NCBI GenBank assembly: GCA_964519125.1
Contig: CAZFIS010000001.1
Span: 3,825 to 67,824 of the forward strand
DNA: 64,000 bases
Reading direction: 5' to 3'
DNA from: an uncultured Gemmatimonadaceae bacterium
GTDB taxonomy: Bacteria; Gemmatimonadota; Gemmatimonadetes; Longimicrobiales; Gaopeijiaceae
The stretch's first letter is position 1. Every line of letters starts with the position of its first letter. The notes under the pieces are model-generated. The model ran no database searches. It saw only the letters and a program-made list of their open reading frames with translations, and was not told where the DNA came from. Position numbers and translations under genes: made by a program. Below, one piece after another: positions 1 to 9,180 of the stretch.

Positions 1-236
1 TCGACACCATCGCCGTCCACCCGGAGTTCCACGGCCGCGGCGTGGGTGCGGCCTTGTTGGCCCAGTTACGGACCAACCTCGCCGGGGTCGGCGTGAGCCG
101 CGTGCAGACCGAAGTGAGTTGGGCCGACGCCGCCCTCCTGGGGTTCTTCCGCAGAGAGGGGTTCACCCTGTCCGATCGTCTCTGCCTCGAGCTGGACCCG
201 AGGCAGCGGCTGGAGGAGGCCGAAGAGCTCTCGTGA
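1..236 (+). CDS. GNAT-family N-acetyltransferase, C-terminal fragment (5' end outside window)
   Basis: Frame 3 is open from the window edge to TGA 234-236. The translation DTIAVHPEFHGRGVGAALLAQL... carries the GNAT motif-A acetyl-CoA loop (R-G-x-G-x-A). Confidence 0.75.
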   Translation, partial: DTIAVHPEFHGRGVGAALLAQLRTNLAGVGVSRVQTEVSWADAALLGFFRREGFTLSDRLCLELDPRQRLEEAEELS

Positions 237-715
237 TCCACAACAAGAGCACGCGGTATGCCCTGTACGCCGCGGTCGAGATGGCATCAGCGCCCTCGGA
301 CACCTTCGTGACCGCCTCCGAGGTGGCCGATCGCTACCGGATTCCCTCCACCGTTCTGGCCAAGGTGTTCCAGCAGCTCGTCCGAGCGGGGATCGCCCTG
401 GGTACGCGGGGCTCGGGAGGGGGCTACCAGCTCGCTCAGGACCCGTCCCAGCTCACCATGCTGGACATCATCCAGGTGTTCGAGCCCACCCCCACGGTGG
501 GAGCGTGCCTCCTCCAGGAGCTGGAGGATCTCGCTTGCCCGACGCCCGGGACCTGTCGGATCCGGAGGGTCTTCGACGAGGTGCAGGAGCAGGTCCGGAG
601 CACCTACGCCTCCATCACCCTGCAGACGCTCGCATGGGGTGGAAGGATGCCGGGCCTGGTGGAGATCGGTGAGCGGCGGACCAAGGAGCACTCCGGAGGG
701 GGCGCGGGAGCGTAG
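233..715 (+). CDS. Rrf2-family transcriptional regulator
   Basis: GTG at 233 overlaps the GNAT stop (GTGA). The N-terminus is (V)IHNKSTRYALYAAVEMA...VTASEVADRYRIPSTVLAKVFQQLVRAGI...GSGGGYQLA, a typical Rrf2 winged-helix region. The track ORF 119-715 is trimmed to this start. Confidence 0.85.
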   Translation: MIHNKSTRYALYAAVEMASAPSDTFVTASEVADRYRIPSTVLAKVFQQLVRAGIALGTRGSGGGYQLAQDPSQLTMLDIIQVFEPTPTVGACLLQELEDLACPTPGTCRIRRVFDEVQEQVRSTYASITLQTLAWGGRMPGLVEIGERRTKEHSGGGAGA

Positions 716-748
716 AACGCGGGCTCCCCGGAGACGACCCACCCTCGC

Positions 749-1729
749 TCAGCGACCGGTCGCGTCTCCCTTCCCGTACCCGAGCACTTCGTGTGTCTGC
801 CCGTCCAGCCTGCGGGAGAGGAGGAAGACGGTGCGCCCGTCCTTGTCGCGTCGTGCCCACAGCGACGCTTCCTCCCCATCGGGTCCGCTTCGGCTGTGCT
901 CCGCCTCGACCTCGTAACCGGCGTCCTCCAGGGCTTTACGGAAGGAGGCGACCCGCTCGCCGGGCGTGGCGTCGTCCTCCCACGCGACCGCACCCAGCGC
1001 CGCGTCCGGCGTGGTCACCGAGAAGAGGGGACGACCGGAGTCGGGCATGCCTTCCGGGCGCAGGACCCACCCGGGTGCTCCCCGGCTGCTCGAGCCGACA
1101 CCGAGCTCGACCGTTCCGTCGTCGCCGTGGATGACGAGCTGTCCACCGCCGGCTCCCCGGATGAGGTCGATCCGGGTGCGTCCGTCGTCGGAGTCGATCG
1201 TGAGCGTGCCACCCGTCGAGCTCTTCACCAGGTCGAAGCGGACGTGCCCGTCCTTCGAGTTCACGACGAGCGAGCCGCCGTTCTTTCCCCGGGTGAGGTC
1301 GACGCGCACGTCCCCGTCGCCGGAGTGGATGGTCGTCGAGCTCGCCTCGTCGTGGTGCGCGGCGCCCGACACGGCCTGAATCGCGTCCGGCAGATCCAGT
1401 TGTCGGCCCACCACGTTCTGCACGAGCGCCTGCGACGGATCGCCGGGCGCGAGTCCCTGCAGGAACGCCAGTCCGGCGTCCGGATCGAGCGCGACCAGGC
1501 GTGCGCTCCGGTCGAGGCGGGACACCATCCGGGCGATGTCGGCGCCCGACGAGGCCCTCAGCTCGTGGGCCACGTGCCTGACGCGGGATGCGACGCGGAT
1601 CATCCCATACCCGACCCCCACCGCTCCCACGAGCATCAGCATGCCGACGCTCACGCCAAGCCACCCCAGGGGCGACAGACCTCTGGGCCCGGTCTTTCCA
1701 GTCAGGGCACGCTCGTATTCGTCGTACAT
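749..1729 (-). CDS. Hypothetical single-pass membrane protein with four ~19-aa DGxVRxDL repeats
   Basis: This is track ORF 749-1786. I prefer the ATG at 1729 (MYDEYERAL...) because GGGAGG lies 6 nt upstream. There is one hydrophobic segment (LGWLGVSVGMLMLVGAVGVGYGMI). The repeats read GDGDVRVDLTRGKNGGSLVV / KDGHVRFDLVKSSTGGTLTI / DDGRTRIDLIRGAGGGQLVI / DDGTVELGV. I recognised no family. Confidence 0.6.
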   Translation of the reverse strand: MYDEYERALTGKTGPRGLSPLGWLGVSVGMLMLVGAVGVGYGMIRVASRVRHVAHELRASSGADIARMVSRLDRSARLVALDPDAGLAFLQGLAPGDPSQALVQNVVGRQLDLPDAIQAVSGAAHHDEASSTTIHSGDGDVRVDLTRGKNGGSLVVNSKDGHVRFDLVKSSTGGTLTIDSDDGRTRIDLIRGAGGGQLVIHGDDGTVELGVGSSSRGAPGWVLRPEGMPDSGRPLFSVTTPDAALGAVAWEDDATPGERVASFRKALEDAGYEVEAEHSRSGPDGEEASLWARRDKDGRTVFLLSRRLDGQTHEVLGYGKGDATGR

Positions 1730-1872
1730 GGCGCTCCTCCCGTTCCCGTCTTCCATGGACCCGCCGTCGGATCGACCGGGGCTCATCGAAACACTACGGA
1801 AGAAGGGCCCCGAAGGTTTTGGCGGGCGGCGGGTCTCCCGGGCCGGGAGGTCTGACCCGGGGGGAGCTCGCG

Positions 1873-3636
1873 CTACCGTCCCCCTCGCTTGATGATCGCC
1901 TGCTGGATCTCGATGTACTGGTCGCAGGCGTTGGCCATCTGGTTCGGGTCGACGTTCACCTTGCGGGGATAATCGCCGACATGGCGGAGGAGTGCCCGGG
2001 CCCGCTCGAACTTCGGGAGCGTCGCTTTGGCCGTCGCGAGCGTCTGCGGCCGCTGCTCGGCGATCGCACTCTGATAGATGGCGTACGCCTGCCAGAAGGC
2101 GAGCTGGCGCTGCATGTCCGCGCTCAGGTTGGGCAGGCTCGCGGCGGCCACGATCCCCGGCATGGCGGCGTCGTACTGGTTCTTCCTGACGTGGTTGTTG
2201 TAGGCGTCCGCGAAGATCACGTTCGCCGCTTGATCGGCGCTCTCCGGGTGTGCGGCCGCCAACGGCTGGAGCACGTTCACCGCGTCGTGGAGGCGGCCGG
2301 CCTGGACGAGCCAGCTCCCCTGCTTGAGCGTGGAGTTCGTGTCCAACGAGTCCAGCTTCCGGACCGTATCCAGCACGGCGATCGCCTGCTCGAGCCGCCC
2401 GTTCTCGTGCAGCGCGTCGGCGTACACCGACCAGATCTGCGCCTCGCCGGAGTGGGCTCGGACGGCTCGCGCTCCGAGCGACACGGCCTTGGCGGACTCG
2501 CCCAGCTTGTCGTACGCGATGATCGCGTTGCTGAGGAGCGAGGCCGAGGTCGAGTCGCCTCTGGCCGCGAAGACCTTCTCCGCGGCGCCGACGGCTTCGC
2601 GGTAGTGTGTCGTGGCCTTCGCGCTGTCCGTCGCCGCGGCGCTGCTGTCTGCGCCGTTGGCCGCCTGCTCCGACTTCAGGGCAGCGTTGAACGCGAAGCC
2701 CGCGTACTGCTCGAGCAAATCGACGTTGGTCGAATCGACCTTGAGCCCCACCTCGATGATCTGCATCGCACCCTCCGGGTCGCCGGCCTTGGCGAGGTCG
2801 TACGCGATCTTCATCCGGACGGTGGCGTCCCCGGGGTTCAGGTCGAGGTATCTCTGGTAGTATTGGCGCGCCTGCTCGTCCCTACCCAGCTTCACGGAGA
2901 TGTAGCCGGCCAGCGAGAGGGCGTTCCCGTGGTTCGGCTCCCGGGCCAGGATTCGCTCGAGCTCGGCCATGGCATCGTCGTACTTGTCCTGCCGGAAGAG
3001 CACGTCGGCGCGCGTGTAGCGTGCGCCGATCGCGTCCGGGTTGAGCCTGATCGCCCGGTCGCAGTTCTCCATGGCGTTCGCCCAGTCCCTGCTCTGAGCA
3101 TAGGAGCCGCAGAACTGGGCTGCGCGGATCTGGTCGACGTAGGTGTGGAAGGCGTCGAAGACATACCGCGCCGCAGCGTTCGCGTCCTTCTCACCGAATC
3201 TCTTGGGCTCGACCTTGAACGCCTCGCCGCTGGCGACGTCGTAGAAGGTAGCCTGGACCAGTTCCGTATTCCCTCCCTCGTCGCGGTAGTCCGAGCACAG
3301 CGCTACCTCCGCGTGCATCCTCGCGGCGAGCTGCCGTGTCCGGACGCAGTCGAGGTCCCTCATCTTCAGATGGAAGCGCTTGAGGGCGTTCTTGAGATCC
3401 TTCTCCTCGACCGGCGCGTTCGTGGCGAGCGTGTTGACGAGATCACGGAGTTTCTCGGCGGCGTCCCTCCCGAAACGATCGTCCGCGCCCTGCATCGGTT
3501 GGAAGGGAGGGATGAGCACGTGATACCGCCTGCCGACGTTCGTGCTGACGTCCTGGGCTCGGAGGGGGGCGACGCCCGTCATCGCGAGCGTGATTGCGGC
3601 GACCGCAGAGAGCATGAGCTCGAGCTTTCCGACCAT
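1873..3636 (-). CDS. Secreted TPR-repeat protein
   Basis: 587-aa ORF with an N-terminal signal-like segment (MLSAVAAITLAMTGVAPLRAQ). It has many 34-aa TPR-like units (W/Y..A...Y..AL.L.P....A). A GGGAG-type SD lies upstream of the ATG. Confidence 0.85.
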   Translation of the reverse strand: MVGKLELMLSAVAAITLAMTGVAPLRAQDVSTNVGRRYHVLIPPFQPMQGADDRFGRDAAEKLRDLVNTLATNAPVEEKDLKNALKRFHLKMRDLDCVRTRQLAARMHAEVALCSDYRDEGGNTELVQATFYDVASGEAFKVEPKRFGEKDANAAARYVFDAFHTYVDQIRAAQFCGSYAQSRDWANAMENCDRAIRLNPDAIGARYTRADVLFRQDKYDDAMAELERILAREPNHGNALSLAGYISVKLGRDEQARQYYQRYLDLNPGDATVRMKIAYDLAKAGDPEGAMQIIEVGLKVDSTNVDLLEQYAGFAFNAALKSEQAANGADSSAAATDSAKATTHYREAVGAAEKVFAARGDSTSASLLSNAIIAYDKLGESAKAVSLGARAVRAHSGEAQIWSVYADALHENGRLEQAIAVLDTVRKLDSLDTNSTLKQGSWLVQAGRLHDAVNVLQPLAAAHPESADQAANVIFADAYNNHVRKNQYDAAMPGIVAAASLPNLSADMQRQLAFWQAYAIYQSAIAEQRPQTLATAKATLPKFERARALLRHVGDYPRKVNVDPNQMANACDQYIEIQQAIIKRGGR

Positions 3637-3786
3637 GATCGTGGTCTCCCGGAAGGGTCTCGGCTTTCGAATCGCGCCGCGAGGGCGCGAAGTTCGGCTC
3701 GTACGCTACTACCAGATTGTACGACGCGAGTCGTCGCATCTTACACGGAAAGCTGGGGAAAGGCCGCGACGCAGTCCAGCGATCTG

Positions 3787-5262
3787 CTAGCTCGCCGGCC
3801 GATCGATGACGGCGATGCGGCCGTCCTCCTGGGCGACGAGGAGCTCCGAGCCGCGTACGGCGAGGCCGACGGGATGCGAGACGTGCGGCAGCACGTAGGC
3901 TGCGTTCACGGTCTTCTCCTGGAGGTCGACGACCAGAAGCGTGGAGTACGCGGCGCTCACGGCGTAGAGACGTCCGTCCGTGACCGCTGCGCCCGTCACC
4001 ACATACTCCGCCAGGGACCGATCCGGACCCGAGAGCGCCATCCCCGACGCGAGCCGTGGCTCGAACTCGGACGAAAGCAGCAGGTCTTCGCGAGCGAATC
4101 GTGACACGACGAGCTGTGGATGTCTCGGGTTGGGAATGCCGACCGTGATCAACTCGCGAGCCGCCGGATCGAAGGCGAGCGACAGCACATACATCTGGTG
4201 GGCGCGCACCGTCTGGAAGCGACCGAGTGCCAACTCCCTCATCTCGCCGTCGGTGGCGAGGAAGTGACGCCATTCGGCGCGCTCGTCGGCACGAGGATCT
4301 GGAACGAGGAGCGCGTAACTCTTGTTCGTGGACAGGACGGCCAGGGTATCGCCCCCGAGGAATGCCGCTCCGGCCAGGGGGGTGAGGTCGACGCTGAACC
4401 CGGGGTCCAGCACCACCCGGTGCACCGTGCGCGTGAGCGTGCTGTCCAGCAGGTATACGCCGTACCGATCGGTGACCGCGAGGAAGCCGCCCGTCGCAGC
4501 GTCGTGGGCGAGTCCGCTCAGGTTTCCCACGAGCGGCACTCCGATGCGCTCCCATCGGATCACCGGGAGCGACGGCAGCTCCGCGAGCGGCCCGTGCGCG
4601 GGATCCGGATCGGCCGCGGCCGGGTCGGGAACCGGAACCGACCAGGCTCCGCGCAACGACACGTAGGGCGGCTGCAACTCCTCGAACGACCACACCCAGT
4701 GCCGAGGGTTCAGCGAGAGCCGGACGGGATCGCCCTGGCCGATGAACGGAGGAGGGCCCGTCGACACGAACGCCTGGAGAGCGTTGGCGGCGACCACGAC
4801 CATGAACAGCCCCATCGCGAAGCGGCTCACGCGGCTGGGCGGGCGGATGCCGCCGGCGGGAGCGAGCTGGCGCAGGAACAGGAGCAGCACCCCGATCACG
4901 GCCAGCACCGTGACGTGGATGACCCACGCCCAGACGTAGGTGTGGATGCCGAAGATGGCAGTGCTGAACCCCTGTCCGACGTCCCGAGCCAGGTGGAGCG
5001 CAGAATGGCGTATCGCCATGAACGTGCCCCAGGTGCCCAGCAGAACCGCCATCCCGAGATAGCGTGGGCGCGCCCCATAGCGGATCACGAAGAGCCCCGT
5101 GAGCGCGATCAGAACCATGGACGTCCGCTCGGCCCAGCAGAGGATGCACGGTGAGTCGCCGTGCACCACCCCCAGCAGGACGGCGGCCGTGACGGGGCCG
5201 CCCACGAGTACGATCACGATCCAGGCCAGGATGGCCCGCAGCCGATCCTCGGAAAGCGGCAT
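3787..5262 (-). CDS. DsbB/BdbC-like membrane thiol-oxidoreductase domain fused to a C-terminal beta-propeller-like domain
   Basis: The N-terminal ~170 aa has four hydrophobic helices and the motif P-C-I-L-C-W directly after helix 1, as in DsbB-family proteins. The C-terminal ~300 aa is beta-rich with repeated blade-like units (GFLAVTDRYGVYLLD, LYAVSAAYSTLLVVD, LLVAQEDGRIAVID). Confidence 0.7.
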   Translation of the reverse strand: MPLSEDRLRAILAWIVIVLVGGPVTAAVLLGVVHGDSPCILCWAERTSMVLIALTGLFVIRYGARPRYLGMAVLLGTWGTFMAIRHSALHLARDVGQGFSTAIFGIHTYVWAWVIHVTVLAVIGVLLLFLRQLAPAGGIRPPSRVSRFAMGLFMVVVAANALQAFVSTGPPPFIGQGDPVRLSLNPRHWVWSFEELQPPYVSLRGAWSVPVPDPAAADPDPAHGPLAELPSLPVIRWERIGVPLVGNLSGLAHDAATGGFLAVTDRYGVYLLDSTLTRTVHRVVLDPGFSVDLTPLAGAAFLGGDTLAVLSTNKSYALLVPDPRADERAEWRHFLATDGEMRELALGRFQTVRAHQMYVLSLAFDPAARELITVGIPNPRHPQLVVSRFAREDLLLSSEFEPRLASGMALSGPDRSLAEYVVTGAAVTDGRLYAVSAAYSTLLVVDLQEKTVNAAYVLPHVSHPVGLAVRGSELLVAQEDGRIAVIDRPAS

Positions 5263-5429
5263 CAGAGGTTCACCCCCGGGACCAGCGATCCATGCGTGCC
5301 GATGAGGAACAGCAACGCCATGAGCACACAGCTGACGATGAGCAGCGTGAAGGCGAGGCGCTCACGCTCGGGCCGCCGCCAGACGAGCCACGCGGCCCAG
5401 AGGATGATGACGAAGTTCAGGAACTCCAT
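5262..5429 (-). CDS. Small (55 aa) two-helix membrane protein, translationally coupled to the DsbB-like gene (absent from the ORF track because it is under 60 aa)
   Basis: Read by hand on the minus strand: ATG 5429-5427 ... TGA 5264-5262, translating to MEFLNFVIILWAAWLVWRRPERERLAFTLLIVSCVLMALLFLIGTHGSLVPGVNL. Its stop overlaps the downstream ATG (ATGA at 5264-5260). It forms two hydrophobic helices around a basic loop. Confidence 0.5.
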   Translation of the reverse strand: MEFLNFVIILWAAWLVWRRPERERLAFTLLIVSCVLMALLFLIGTHGSLVPGVNL

Positions 5430-5598
5430 GGCCGCCCGGGGGAAGTGGACTCACTGCGCGCCGACGCGCCGGCTGACGGCCGGATCGCGTCGCGCTCGTT
5501 CGGGAGGGCCGCCTGCAACTTCGATCCGGGGAGCAGGGGTGTCAAATGACGGAAGCCCAGTCGGTCCGCGGTCTGCGAGAGCATCGCGCGTCGGGGCC

Positions 5599-8500
5599 TC
5601 AACCCCCCCCCTTCTTCCCGTTGCCGGCCGCGCTCTTGTCCGGATAGGCCGGGGCAGGGGGGACGGGATTGGGGTGCGCCCGCATCTCCTCCCGGAGCTC
5701 CTCGATGGCGGCCAGGAGTTGGGCATCGTGCCCCGCGAAGGTCTGATGGGGGGCGTTATCCACCCGGATGTCGGGGTCCACGCCGTGACCCTCGATGAGC
5801 CACTGCCCCTCGGGGCCGTACACGCCCATCTCCGCCGCGGACGCGATCCCGCCGTCGACCAACACGTTGTCGAAGCTGAGCCAGATCTCTCCACCCCAGG
5901 TGCGGGTCCCGAGCAGCTTCCCCAGGCCGAGGCGTCGGAATCCGGCGCTGAAGGCCTCTCCGTCCGACGCGGTGTGCTCGTTGATGAGCGCGATCATCGG
6001 ACCCCGCATGGCCTCCTGCATGTTCCATCTCGGCGCCTCTTTGCGGGCCTTGAAGTACATCCAGGCACGGCGCATGAGCTTCTCGAGAATCCAGCTGTCG
6101 ATGTTTCCTCCCCGGTTGTTGCGCACGTCGACGATGAGGGCGTGCCGGTCGAACACGGGGTAGAACTGTCGCTCCCACGCGGCGATGTCGGAGGACCCCA
6201 TGGCACGCAGGTGTACGTAGCCGATCGAGTCATGGCTCAGGCTGTCGACCTCGAGCCGCCGCGTGTACTCCCATTCGTCGTAGCGCAGGTCGGCGGCCTG
6301 GCTCTCGCTGATCGGCGACACGATGGCCTCGCGCTCGGTGCCGCCGCCGGCGGGCCGGATGGTCAGTAGCGTCTGCTTGCCGGTCTTGCGCCGAAGGAGC
6401 GAGCGATAGTCCGGCACCGAGAGCGTGGGCACGCCATCGACGGCGAGAATCACGTCTCCGTTGTGCACGTCGACGCCAGGGCGGGCGAGGGGCGAGATCT
6501 GGCCGGGGATGTCCGGATCGGCGCGGTAGACGTGCGCAACCCGGTACCCGCCGGCCTTCGGATCCCGCTGGAGCCGGGCTCCGAGCGCGGCCACCTGAAT
6601 CGTGTCCTGTCCCGGTCGATGGTCACCACCCCGCACGAAGGTATGGAGCGCGGAAAGCTCCGCGACCATCTGTCCGATCACGTCGGACAGCTCCTCCCGA
6701 TCGGTGACGCGACGCGCCAGCGGCAGGTACTTCCGCTCCATGGCCGGCCAGTCGACACCCTGCATTCCCGGGTCGTAGAAGTAGTCCCGATGCAGCCGCC
6801 ACGCCTCCCGGAACATCTCCATGTACTCCTGCCGCGGGTCGATCTGCAGCATCCAACCGCCCAGGTCGACCTCGTGCTCGGCCAGCTTCGCGGGTGGCTT
6901 GGCGCCTGCGTCGAATACGTACAGGTCGTGGCCCTTCCGGACGAGCAGCTTGTGCGCGTCCGCGGAGAGCTCGTAAGCCTCAACGCCCTCCACCACGGTC
7001 GCGGGTTTGGGCTCGTGGTTCGTGATCTCGAGAGCCTCGAGGGATATGGACCGCTGGGAGCCGTCGTGGCGTGAGAGCCAGTACAACGTTCCGTCTCCGG
7101 CCGAAAGGTCACGGTAGTTCCCGGGAGGAACCGGGACCTCCTCCAGTCGACCCTGGATGCCCTCGAGCTGGATGGGGACCCGGGGCGGCGCCGAGGTCGA
7201 ATCGGCTCCGTTCTGCTCCTTGCGGCCGGCCCTCGCGCTCGACCCCGTGTCGTGGTTGCGCGCCCTCTTCGACGTGGGCTCCAGTTCGTCGTCGGGCCGG
7301 AAGGGAAAGCGCGCACCAGGCTCCAGGGCGAGCGCGTAGACCTTCGTGGTCCGCGTGAAATACGGCTCCGGCTGTCGCGCCCCCCAGGGCGATCCGACCG
7401 AGGAGACGAAGTGCCGATCGGACAGCAGGTAGAGCCACGTTCCGTCCCTGCTCCAGGCCGGAGAGTAGCTCGCATAGCGATCCGTGGTCACGGGCGTCGT
7501 CGAGCCCGAGTCCACGCCGTAGAGCACGATCCGCTCGAATCCGTTCTGGAGCGGCTCCACGTAGGCGAGCCATCGTGAGTCGGGTGACCAGGCGAGGTCC
7601 GAGAAGTCCCCGTAGTCCGAGTGGGCCACCTCCTTGGAGTGACCCGAAGACGTGTCCAGGATCCACAAACGGTGGTCCTTGTCGTAGTGTGCGATCCAAC
7701 GTCCGTCCGGCGAGGGGATCGCGTCCCAGCGCATGATCGTGCCGTCGTCGGTGAGCTGCCTGGGCCGCCCGACCCCGTTGGCCGGGAGCTTCCAGATCTC
7801 GACCTCGCCGGTGGAATCGGACAGCGCCACCAGCGAGTCCCCACCCGGAGTGAAGCGGGCGCGACGGTAGCGCACGCTGTTCGTGCGCGTGGCCTCCACG
7901 AAGCGCCCCTGTCCGGTCGGTGCGACGAAGAGTTGGCCGCGGGCCGTGAGGACCACCCGATCGCCCGAGGGAGACAGGTGCATGTCCGTCAGGTAGTCCA
8001 TGGGGTCGTGGGCCCAGTGCTGCCTGAGCTGTCCGAAGTCGGAAGCGAGGCGAATCGGGACGACGCTGTCCTCTCCGGTCGACAGGTCCAGAAGCCTGAG
8101 GTCGGCGCCGTATTGGTAGACGACGCGACCGTCCGACGACGACGGCGACTCCAGGTTGTAGACCTTGTGATGGGTGAGCTCCTTCGCGTCTCCACCCGAT
8201 TCGTCTATGGACCAGAGGTTCATGACCCCGTCCCGGTCCGACGCGAACACGACTCGACCTTGCCACAGCATCGGGTCCTTGCTGGTGCCCGCATAGTCGG
8301 CCGTGAGCGGCGTGGCCTCCGCGGTGCCGGTCACGTACTTCCACAACTGCTGCACGCTACCCCCCTCGTAGCGGTCCGTGTGACTCCCCTGGAACGGGAG
8401 GCGCGTGAAGTAGAGGACCTTGCCCGAAGGGTCGTAGACGCCATCGGAGGCCTGAGCGAGGGGCAGCACCGTACGCTCGTGGGTCACGGTGTCGAGGGCC

Positions 8501-8967
8501 ACGAGCTGTGCGTTGGGCAACGTGGAGTACCGCCGCGTCGTGTAGAGGATGTCCCCGCCCGGTGTCCATCCGACGACGGTCGCGCCGCCTCCATCCCAGC
8601 TCCGCCGCACCGGCACACCGCCCGTGACGGGCATCGTGTACACCTCGTTCGGCCCCTCGTACGAGGCCGTGAACGCGAGGGTCCGTCCGTCCGGCGAGAA
8701 GGCGGCGTCGCGCTCCTCCCGCAGGCCCGTCGTGAGCCGTCGGGCCTCGCCGCCGTGGATGCCCACCGCCCACAGGTCCCCCTCGGCGGTGAACACGATC
8801 GTCGTGTCGTACAACGCCGGATACCGGTAGTAGCCCGGCTCGTCGACGCTGTCGGCCATCGACCCACCGGACATCATCGGCGCGGAGGGCCGCTTCGCGG
8901 CGCCGCTGATCAGAAGGGGCGCGAGGAGGATAGCGAAGGAGAAGAGGGTTTGAGGACGGCGAATCAT
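5599..8967 (-). CDS. Tricorn-like S41-family peptidase (TolB-type beta-propellers + PDZ + C-terminal serine peptidase domain)
   Basis: Track ORF 5599-9060 is trimmed to the ATG at 8967 (MIRRPQTLFSFAILLAPLL, signal-like), which has AAGGAG upstream. It contains repeated TolB/propeller motifs (FSPDG, SPDGR, WSPDS, WSRDG), a PDZ-like segment (GDVILAVDG) and an S41 core (LINEHTASDGEAFSAGFR...TWGG). Confidence 0.85.
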   Translation of the reverse strand: MIRRPQTLFSFAILLAPLLISGAAKRPSAPMMSGGSMADSVDEPGYYRYPALYDTTIVFTAEGDLWAVGIHGGEARRLTTGLREERDAAFSPDGRTLAFTASYEGPNEVYTMPVTGGVPVRRSWDGGGATVVGWTPGGDILYTTRRYSTLPNAQLVALDTVTHERTVLPLAQASDGVYDPSGKVLYFTRLPFQGSHTDRYEGGSVQQLWKYVTGTAEATPLTADYAGTSKDPMLWQGRVVFASDRDGVMNLWSIDESGGDAKELTHHKVYNLESPSSSDGRVVYQYGADLRLLDLSTGEDSVVPIRLASDFGQLRQHWAHDPMDYLTDMHLSPSGDRVVLTARGQLFVAPTGQGRFVEATRTNSVRYRRARFTPGGDSLVALSDSTGEVEIWKLPANGVGRPRQLTDDGTIMRWDAIPSPDGRWIAHYDKDHRLWILDTSSGHSKEVAHSDYGDFSDLAWSPDSRWLAYVEPLQNGFERIVLYGVDSGSTTPVTTDRYASYSPAWSRDGTWLYLLSDRHFVSSVGSPWGARQPEPYFTRTTKVYALALEPGARFPFRPDDELEPTSKRARNHDTGSSARAGRKEQNGADSTSAPPRVPIQLEGIQGRLEEVPVPPGNYRDLSAGDGTLYWLSRHDGSQRSISLEALEITNHEPKPATVVEGVEAYELSADAHKLLVRKGHDLYVFDAGAKPPAKLAEHEVDLGGWMLQIDPRQEYMEMFREAWRLHRDYFYDPGMQGVDWPAMERKYLPLARRVTDREELSDVIGQMVAELSALHTFVRGGDHRPGQDTIQVAALGARLQRDPKAGGYRVAHVYRADPDIPGQISPLARPGVDVHNGDVILAVDGVPTLSVPDYRSLLRRKTGKQTLLTIRPAGGGTEREAIVSPISESQAADLRYDEWEYTRRLEVDSLSHDSIGYVHLRAMGSSDIAAWERQFYPVFDRHALIVDVRNNRGGNIDSWILEKLMRRAWMYFKARKEAPRWNMQEAMRGPMIALINEHTASDGEAFSAGFRRLGLGKLLGTRTWGGEIWLSFDNVLVDGGIASAAEMGVYGPEGQWLIEGHGVDPDIRVDNAPHQTFAGHDAQLLAAIEELREEMRAHPNPVPPAPAYPDKSAAGNGKKGGG

Positions 8968-9180
8968 CACGGGCTCCTTGCGGCAGTTGGCCGTGTGCTC
9001 GGCTCCGGTCGGAGAGGCGGGCTGATCGTGGGCACACTCGCCGTCTCCGGCAAGTATCACGCTCGATCGGTTCGGAAATCCGCGTCACGTCGACGGAGAT
9101 CGTCGCCCGGCGTCACGGACCCGCCTATGTTGTGAGACGATGCCCGACCTCCCGCTCCGTCGACGGAGAGCTGCGGTGCC

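Noticed and set aside
1588-4104. 838-aa plus-strand ORF in the six-frame track
   Set aside because: It is antisense to the TPR gene and to the DsbB-like gene, both of which have recognisable motifs. The translation is Arg/Gly/Pro/Leu-rich with no motifs, which is the typical GC-driven shadow ORF.
5417-5602. 61-aa minus-strand track ORF between the small membrane ORF and the tricorn-like gene
   Set aside because: Its composition is Arg/Pro/Ser-rich with no SD. It overlaps the start of the better-supported 55-codon ORF in another frame and the 3' end of the peptidase gene.
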